A stretch of DNA of 63,526 nucleotides, the filler included. It is 8 parts of 8 records of this genome, joined end to end, with 100 filler letters (N's around TTAATTAATTAA, not from the genome) between each part and the next. Parts side by side here need not be neighbours in the genome. Positions count along the whole stretch, not along the records: positions 56,710 to 63,526 come from SRR7504441_427; 7 more parts are not named here. One strand, 5' to 3'. This document shows, piece after piece, positions 56,980 to 63,526 of this stretch. The notes beneath the pieces are model-generated. The model was not told the origin of the DNA and ran no database searches. It saw only the letters and a program-made list of their open reading frames with translations. Positions within the stretch are counted from its first letter, which is position 1. The number at the start of each line of letters is the position of its first letter. The position numbers and the translations under genes are program-made.

Positions 56980-59201
56980 TTACTCAATGACTTGACAGAC
57001 TTGTGGACATAGTTTGGCAATATGCCCGACTTGTCCACACTTATAACAAGTCCTAGTATCACTTCGTTTCTTCTTCGCTCTTGCATCTGCCTTAGCCTTG
57101 CCCGATTTTTCTTTCCGCGTGCTATTGGTGGCTTCGGCTTCGGCTCCTTCATTGCTTAGTCGCAACCCAGAGAGCATATCGCCTAAATGCTCGTTGACCA
57201 GCACACTCGCACACTCGCCCAGTCGAGCCCCCTGGCCCTCTAGCTGTCGCATCTGCTCTTCAAACCCTTGGCGTATCTCGGCCATCTTTTGCTCGGAGCA
57301 GATTGTGCACCCGAGGTCCCGATCCAGTTCAAACGGGTCGGCGATCGAGATCCGCCACAGTTTGGGGTGCGCCCATCGCTCCAGCTTATCGCACACCCGG
57401 CCGGCCTGGATTGAAGCGACTTGACGGTTCCAGTCCAGCTGGACAGCATAAAACACAAAAAAGCGCACGTAGAGCTCACCAACAGACATCTGGTTGTCGC
57501 CTGGCTGCCAAAGCCCGGTCTGCACTAGCTGGCTCCCGAGAGCAAAGCTCACATCACACCCATCCACCGTTTGCTGCTGGCACTTGCAAGCCCGAAGAAC
57601 AGCGGGCGCCTGCAGGTTGGGCAGCACAGGCGGCTCGACTACCTGCTCCACAGTCAGGTGGCACCAAGCTCTCCACCGGCCTGCAAGAAGAAGATCGTCA
57701 GCAGCGTGTAAGAGTAAGAGCTCAAGTAGCCCTTGGACGCATCCGCGATCCCTGCCGAGCCAGCCTGAGGCAAACGCCGCCCGGGCGCGCACCGTGCTTC
57801 TTGGCCCAGCTTTTGACCATGAGCACCAGCGGACGCACGCGAGGGTCTAACAATGAATATTGACTGCCAACTGGCCTCAATTGGCCCACTGGGCTGGGCG
57901 CACCGGAGCAGTTCGCTGTTGTGCACCGCCAGCAGGTTGTTGACGCAAATATCCATCGCCACGAATAGTTGGTTGTCGAGCGTGCCCTCAAGCTTGACAA
58001 TGGGAACTTTGGCCCTCAGGATGCACGCCTTACGGTACATCCCCAGCCCCCCAAACATGTTGGTCAGCCGCCGGAGCACCGCCTCGACCTCCCGCTGGTG
58101 CTCCTCGGCCGGCTCCAGCCACGAGGCCACCAGGCTCACATCGAGGTCACTCCCAGCCAGCCCAAAGCCAGACTTTGCGGAGCCATACACAGCAAACCGA
58201 GCCTGTGGCCAGCCCGGGGGGCTCTCCAGCCGCCGTCGCACTATGGCAGTCATCCGGTTGATCAGCCGCTCGTGCTGCGGCAGCCAGCCCTCCCCAGTGT
58301 CCAGCCGGCCGACAGCATCCGCCGCCCCCGCACGCAGGCCGTCTCTAAACTCCTGGCTTAGCTCAACGTTCACCAGCTGCCTCGGCGGCTCAACCGGGGG
58401 GCGCGTCAGCTGCCCAATCGCCTGGCTGACAGCCCGTCGGCGCGAGCCCGGCAGCGCCTTGTGCCAGCTGGACCGCTGCAACCCTCTGAGCAGGGCCAGG
58501 GGCGCAGGGTCGGTGGGCCGCCACTGGCTGGTGAGCTCGGCCTGTTCCAGCACCATGTTGCACAAGTCGACTGCCACATTGCTAACCGGGGGCGTCAGCT
58601 GGCACAGTCGCTCCAGCGCCTGGAGCGACTCGCCGTTGCTCAGTTGGTGCCGCAGCGGGCTCGCCTTGCGGACTGCTCTCATCTCGGCCAGCGCACCCAG
58701 CACCTCCAGACGGACTGCCTCCTCCGCTGCCGCCGGGCTGGGCGCTGCCATCTCCTCCTCCGCTGCCCCCGGGCTGGGCACTGCTGTCTTCTCCTCCGCT
58801 GCTGCCGGACCGGGCGCTGCGGGCTCCACCGCTGCGGGTGGGCGGGGCGGCGGGGGCTCCTGTGCTGCTGCGGGCGGGCGGGGCGGCGGGAGCTCGGCCG
58901 GCGCTCCCGGGGTGGCTAGGCGGACCTGGTTGGCGTCGTCCACTTGAAAAATGTCCGGCAGGGCGCGGCAGCCGTCGAGCAGCTTGTTGCGTTTGCGAAA
59001 GGCCGAGTTTGGCTGGGCGGCCGCCAACTGCTCCGACAACTCGCGCGCGTGGATCCACTGGCCGCCCGACAGCCGCCGCGTCAGCAGCTCGAGCACCACC
59101 GGCGGCATCTCGGGCACTCGGCCAGAGCCCTGAGCAGCACCCCGCCCGCCCTTGCCATCCTTGGCACCGCTCTTGCCCCGGGCACCACCACCTTTTGGCA
59201 T
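56980..59201 (-). CDS. Cid1/TUT7-like terminal nucleotidyltransferase with PAP-associated domain and C-terminal CCHC knuckle
   Basis: YGSAKSGFGLAGSDLDV, RAKVPIVK, DICVNNLLAVHNSELL, LVLMVKSWAK, LSSYSYTLLTIFFLQ, ISIADPFELDRDLG, CYKCGQVGHIAKLC. Confidence 0.9.
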
Positions 59202-59259
59202 CGAACCTGCGAGATGATGCGATTTTTTTTTATTCCAGCTGCAGAGGGAGCCCTGGCCG

Positions 59260-60719
59260 ATGCGATGGTGTAGTGTGCTGGTGAGCGTGTGCGCGCTGGC
59301 TGTGAGCAGCAGCCCAGTACAGCACGTGGGCCGGCGGCTGGGCCCACCGCAGCCGGTAGAAACCTCGGTGCTCGACCTGTTCACCCGCTGCCGACTCTGC
59401 GGCCGGCTCGCGGCCCGGCTCGAGCTAACGGCCGCCGAATGGAATGCTCGGGGTGTGGCCGCCTGGCGCAACGGCAGCTCGGTGACCGGGCTCTGCATGT
59501 TCGCGGCCGCGCTGCCCTCTCCAAACTTCGAGCCCTACAGCAACCTGGCGCTGGCACTCACCAAAATGTCCCGGCCAGGCGCGGCACCCCAGCTGTTTGC
59601 TGTGTGAGCGCGCGCTGTGCAGGGTTTGCCGGTCCACCGCGGTGCCCTCCCGGCGATTGGCCTAGGATGTCACTCGAGCTGGCGGTGGCCACTGCAGATC
59701 GGGCGGTGCGGCTCCAGCCGAGGGCGTTCGACGCACTCTTCTCTGGAGGGTATGCCTCTGTGCATCTGGGCGGCCCAAGCTCGTGGGATCTCGGGGCGGC
59801 CCGGCTGCAGTCTGCAAACATGCTGCTGCGGCGTGGGATGGCGGTTCGGGAAAGAGAAGGGCTGCTGGAGTGGACGACTGGTCGAGAGTTTCTACCCGCT
59901 GAGAGCCTTGGAGCTTCCACTGAGTTCAAGTTACAGCACGACGCACTTCAGCTAGAGCATCTAGTGGCCGGGTGTGTGAGGCCCTGCTAATGGCACTGAT
60001 GTAGCTCACAGGGGCGAGCTGCCAAGTGAGTACTTGCACCTGGCCGCGGCCTACACGCTCGCCAGCACGCAGGTGCAACCGGCTAGCGGCCCTCTGCTGA
60101 CTGGCGGTAGGTGGAGTTAGGGCTACCGTACAACCAGTCGCGCACGCACCACGGGTTGTTCCAATTCAGCCCACGAATTAGCTCGCTTGTCACTCAGTCA
60201 TACAACCAATTGCTGCATCTAAGTCCGACGCTGGCACTTCCGGGCGGTGCTCTGAGAGACTCGCTGTCTGGTCCGGACAGAAGACGACGCCAACTTGGAG
60301 CCAGGCACTGGGGGTCTCCGAATATACCGTAAGCTGGTCGTTGTCTTGGGCCGTGAGGTGTGTTCAGGACAACGGGCGCCGAGCAACATGTCATTCTTGG
60401 ATGTGACTGCTAATTTTGAGCGTGTGCGAACAGTCTACTGAGGGCGTGCGGTGGATGCAGATCAATGCTCGCGCTGCCAGCCAAGACTACGACGAGGATC
60501 CGGACCGGGTCATAGAAATTCCGTACAGGTGGCAGCGCCGCGTGCTGTCGGTGTGAGTGGGTCGAGTGCAGGCAAAATAGAATGATTATGTTTGACAGCA
60601 GCTTGTTCCACGCCACTAGTCCATTCAAATTTAAGAAGGGTTACAAGCATAGGCGGATCAATATCACGTTCTTGTTTGGGATTCGAGGGGAGGTTAGCAA
60701 GACAAGGCACGTTGTGTGA
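59260..60719 (+). CDS. Secreted TPR + 2OG-oxygenase-like protein, apparently missing its central part (pseudogene or misassembly)
   Basis: Signal peptide, TPR-like helices, FKLQHDALQLEHL, then EDDANLEPGTGGLRIY and IPYR|QNRMIMFDSSLFHAT..GYKHRRINITFLFG; frame break at 60271-60280. Confidence 0.65.
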
Positions 60720-60919
60720 TCCGCCGTAGATCCGTCGTATGAATATCGTATGAATATCGTATAAAGCTTCTATTGTTTGACGTACGAGTACGCGTAGGCA
60801 ACATTAGGCAACATAATTCTTGGATCAACCTAAGTGTCAAATAAACGGGCCACGATTGTGATTCGACGCTTAGCGCTCGGTTCGATGATGTATCTAGATC
60901 AAGTTCTAATCAAGTATAA

Positions 60920-62137
60920 TCAAGTTCGCAGAATACTGACTCCATCAATGCAGATCATTTGCCTTGCAACAAGTATGACTAGATGAAGTGGTGCTTCCGT
61001 CACTAAACGGCATAAGACTCGGCTAGCTACAGGCCCAATGCTCGCAATGGTGTCATCACTTGAAGAGCTCAAATTAGATCCCCTCAGACACAGCCTCGCC
61101 TGAGTAAAGAGGATGGCACAGAGCACCAGCTGCCAGCCCATCTCTTGCCAGACAAACGCATCTTCCACTGGCACGCAACAATTCAGGTCTTTGCGCCTGA
61201 GAGGATAGGGATCGAAGTAAGACTGCTCTACAATACAGTGTGCACGCATGCGATACACGCCAGCAAACGAGCCGCATTGTGGTTCTGGGGATCCGCGGTC
61301 TCCATCAAGGAGGAAAGCTTCATCGCCGACTGCACCCTCGTATTTGAGAGAGTCCAGGCTAGTGGCGCAGCAGGCTTCCGACAACGGCAAGCTGAACAGC
61401 CGCGAGTCATTCGTCACGAATAGTCTGTTCACCCCAGGATATAGCGAACAGCCTTGGTGCAACCCACCAACTGTTGCAACCAATGCCCACCCAACTGGTG
61501 TGTCCTCTGCGTATACTGCGATCGTGGCCTTCTCAGATCGACTGGTTGATCCGTAGCCCACAAACACGAGGCCTTGGATCATTTCTATGCAGGTTATTGC
61601 CACGTCGGGCTGGGACCGGACCTGTTCACACACAAACAGTCTGGAGTGCATCGATTTGCCTGCACCCGAATTGGCCAGCGGCACAGCACTGACGTCCCCG
61701 TTGGCGTCGGCCAAGATGGCCCGGTGCAGTGTGCGGTCCAGGCAGCACGCGGCGATGCCCTCATCTGCCAGGTGCTGCACCTCGCAATCCTCCGGGGCTG
61801 CTCGTAGGACTGCGGCTACCCCCCCGGCGTGTATAAGCACCCAGTCCCCGTGCAGGTGAAGAGACCGACAGAGGTGCAGCGGAACTTTGGGGCCGATCTC
61901 GCAGAGCCAAACCCCAGCGCCAGCGGTAATGGCCACGGTCTGGGTCTGATAGACTAGAATGGCCAGCCGTCCCGTGCGCGGGTCCAGCCCGGCCTGCCTC
62001 CAGTGGACTCGGCAGGGCCTCGGGCCGGTGGGGTCCTCCTGGAGCTGGAGCTCCGACAGCTGAGGGGCTGCCGGCTGCCAGCACAGGCTCGCCTGCCCCT
62101 GCTGAAGCAAGCGCAGGTCCTGCCCCGGAGCCTGCAT
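60920..62137 (-). CDS. Hypothetical beta-rich (propeller-like) protein
   Basis: Long ORF from ATG 62137; WD-like segments (AILADANGDVSAV, ITCIEMIQGLVFVG); may include in-frame introns. Confidence 0.55.
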   Translation of the reverse strand: MQAPGQDLRLLQQGQASLCWQPAAPQLSELQLQEDPTGPRPCRVHWRQAGLDPRTGRLAILVYQTQTVAITAGAGVWLCEIGPKVPLHLCRSLHLHGDWVLIHAGGVAAVLRAAPEDCEVQHLADEGIAACCLDRTLHRAILADANGDVSAVPLANSGAGKSMHSRLFVCEQVRSQPDVAITCIEMIQGLVFVGYGSTSRSEKATIAVYAEDTPVGWALVATVGGLHQGCSLYPGVNRLFVTNDSRLFSLPLSEACCATSLDSLKYEGAVGDEAFLLDGDRGSPEPQCGSFAGVYRMRAHCIVEQSYFDPYPLRRKDLNCCVPVEDAFVWQEMGWQLVLCAILFTQARLCLRGSNLSSSSDDTIASIGPVASRVLCRLVTEAPLHLVILVARQMICIDGVSILRT

Positions 62138-62199
62138 GCCGAATCTCGCTCGACGTGCCGTTAGAAGCCCATAAAACAGCGGCTCGATCGGGCAGTGCG

Positions 62200-63014
62200 A
62201 TGGGGTGTGGGAACAGCGTGCAGCCTGGGACCTCGAGCACACAGCAGCGGCACGTCATCGTGCTGTTTGGTCCACCGTGCGTCGGGCGCACCGCGCACCA
62301 TGGCAGCATTGTCATGCAGTACGGGCTGCCTGTGCTGGACATGGGAATCTTGCTCTGGGGTGGCCTCAAGAACAATACCGCCAGCGGTCGGCAGGCCCGG
62401 GAGATCATGCAGTACGGCGGGCTAGTGGACGACCAGATTGTGCTTGGGCTGGTGCGCGAAAGAATCTGCCAGCCCGACTGTTTGAGCGGTTTCGTGCTGG
62501 ACGGGTTCCCCCGGACCCAGGAGCAGGCAACCGCCGTCCATACTGCCCGCTGATGCAAGGACAGGCCATCATGCTCGATGAGCTGCTCAGCGAGACGGGA
62601 GAGCGCGTCACCCTCTGCATGGCGCTGGAGGCACCCGACGCGGTGCGGGTGGAGATGGCAGGGCACCGGTTACAGCTGTCGCAGGTGCTAGTAGAGCGGA
62701 TCGAGGGACGTTGGGTGCACACAGCTTCGGGTCGGACGTATCACGCCCAGTTTGCGCCACCCGAGAGCCTCGGGGAAGGAGAGAGGCCGACTGAGGCCAA
62801 CATGCTCGATGATGTGACAGGCGAGCCGCTGACGCGGCAGAAAGATGACACAGCGGCGAGGCTCAAGGTGAGGCTGGAGGTCTATCGGTGCCTGACCCAA
62901 CCTATCATGCAACACTATGAATCGGCGGGTATCGTTGAGAATGTCAACGGCGACCAAGAGCCGGCCAAGGTTTGGGCAGACATGTCTCAAGTATTCACGG
63001 GATTTCAAGTGTGA
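62200..63014 (+). CDS. Adenylate kinase-like protein with degenerate P-loop and N-terminal dual-acylation motif
   Basis: MGCGNS; VLFGPPCVGRT; GGLVDDQIV; GFVLDGFPRT; RWVHTASGRTYH..DDVTGEPL..DD; introns 62527-62564 (GC-AG) and 62643-62684. Confidence 0.88.
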
Positions 63015-63261
63015 CGAGTGTGATCATTGTGATGCTCTACTTGTGATGCCCTACATTACCGTAACTAAATAACTAAGTTGCTACGCACAAGTAGACGCCG
63101 GATAGACGGCGGCTCGAGAAGCCGAGCCTTACGCCTGTAACCAAACCATCTTACGAACCACTCTCCAAGCGCGTTAATTAAGCAAAGGTAGCGCTCACGA
63201 GTAGAGGCCGAGTGGCGGACTTTGAGGAAGTGACACATTTATTCGCGTCTGGGTCTACCTT

Positions 63262-63337
63262 TGGCCGCATTGTCGCGTACCGGTTGCCTGTGCTGGACAT
63301 GGGAATCTTGCTTTGGGGTGGCTTCAAGAACAATACC
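63262..63337 (+). pseudogene. Duplicated fragment of adenylate kinase exon 1
   Basis: Near-identical to 62301-62379 (tgcctgtgctggacatgggaatcttgct.tggggtggc.tcaagaacaatacc) with a few substitutions and small deletions. Confidence 0.85.
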
Positions 63338-63437
63338 AGCAATACGTTACAGTACAAGTACTGGAAGGGGAAAAAGTGGTAACAACATTTCCTTTTCGAG
63401 CATTTTTCTTGATTCTCATCTTATCTTCAGCGATCGA

Positions 63438-63526
63438 TCAAACATGCTCGTCAAGCTGCTGCTCCTCGCCGGCCTCGCCGCCGCCGCCCATAACGCGCCC
63501 ACCAACCTGATGCAAGACCGGGTGAT
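63438..63526 (-). CDS. Probable last exon of a gene entering from beyond the window
   Basis: ..gcatcag|VGGRVMGGGGEAGEEQQLDEHV* followed by AT-rich DNA. Confidence 0.3.
   Translation of the reverse strand, partial: HPVLHQVGGRVMGGGGEAGEEQQLDEHV

Noticed and set aside
57853-58947. Long antisense ORFs (also 18441-19532, 26287-27582, 37296-38279)
   Set aside because: Shadow ORFs of GC-rich coding sequence on the opposite strand; low complexity, no motifs
1-63526. Alternative genetic code or general stop-codon readthrough explaining fragmented ORFs
   Set aside because: Nearly all breaks examined are repaired by short GY-AG introns; TGA, TAA and TAG all end genes; only the PDI-like gene has in-frame UGAs with a SECIS

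Overview
Eukaryotic, GC-rich, gene-dense DNA, probably from a flagellated protist (taxon not determinable by eye). Seven artificial 100-nt linkers (N44-TTAATTAATTAA-N44) split the window into 8 segments, so adjacency across them is not biological evidence. About 28 genes or gene fragments are present. Most are broken by very short (~36-49 nt) GT-AG/GC-AG introns, so the ORF track fragments or misreads them; CDS spans below include introns and were spliced by eye. Recognisable genes: a >13.8-kb thioredoxin/DUF3638-DUF3645 helicase-like giant gene with NZF and Ubl inserts, CSN3, GFA, a DNAAF3-PIH1-CS fusion, SIL1/Fes1-like, 2OG-Fe(II) oxygenases, AFG1 ATPase, a secreted DJ-1/PfpI, a metallophosphoesterase, a PH-myosin, an ArfGAP-GAF-BCH protein, a TUTase and a degenerate adenylate kinase. 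The strongest hidden signal is a PDI-like selenoprotein (41046-41810, minus) with active site G-U-G-U-U (three UGA codons) and a SECIS element in its 3' UTR. Other patterns: hairpin-forming mini-introns, very tight head-to-head gene pairs sharing CCGTTA, and a recurrent intergenic GTACGAGTAC/TACATGTA motif. I recognised no rRNA, tRNA, CRISPR array or transposase. All domain calls are motif recognition from memory, not database searches.
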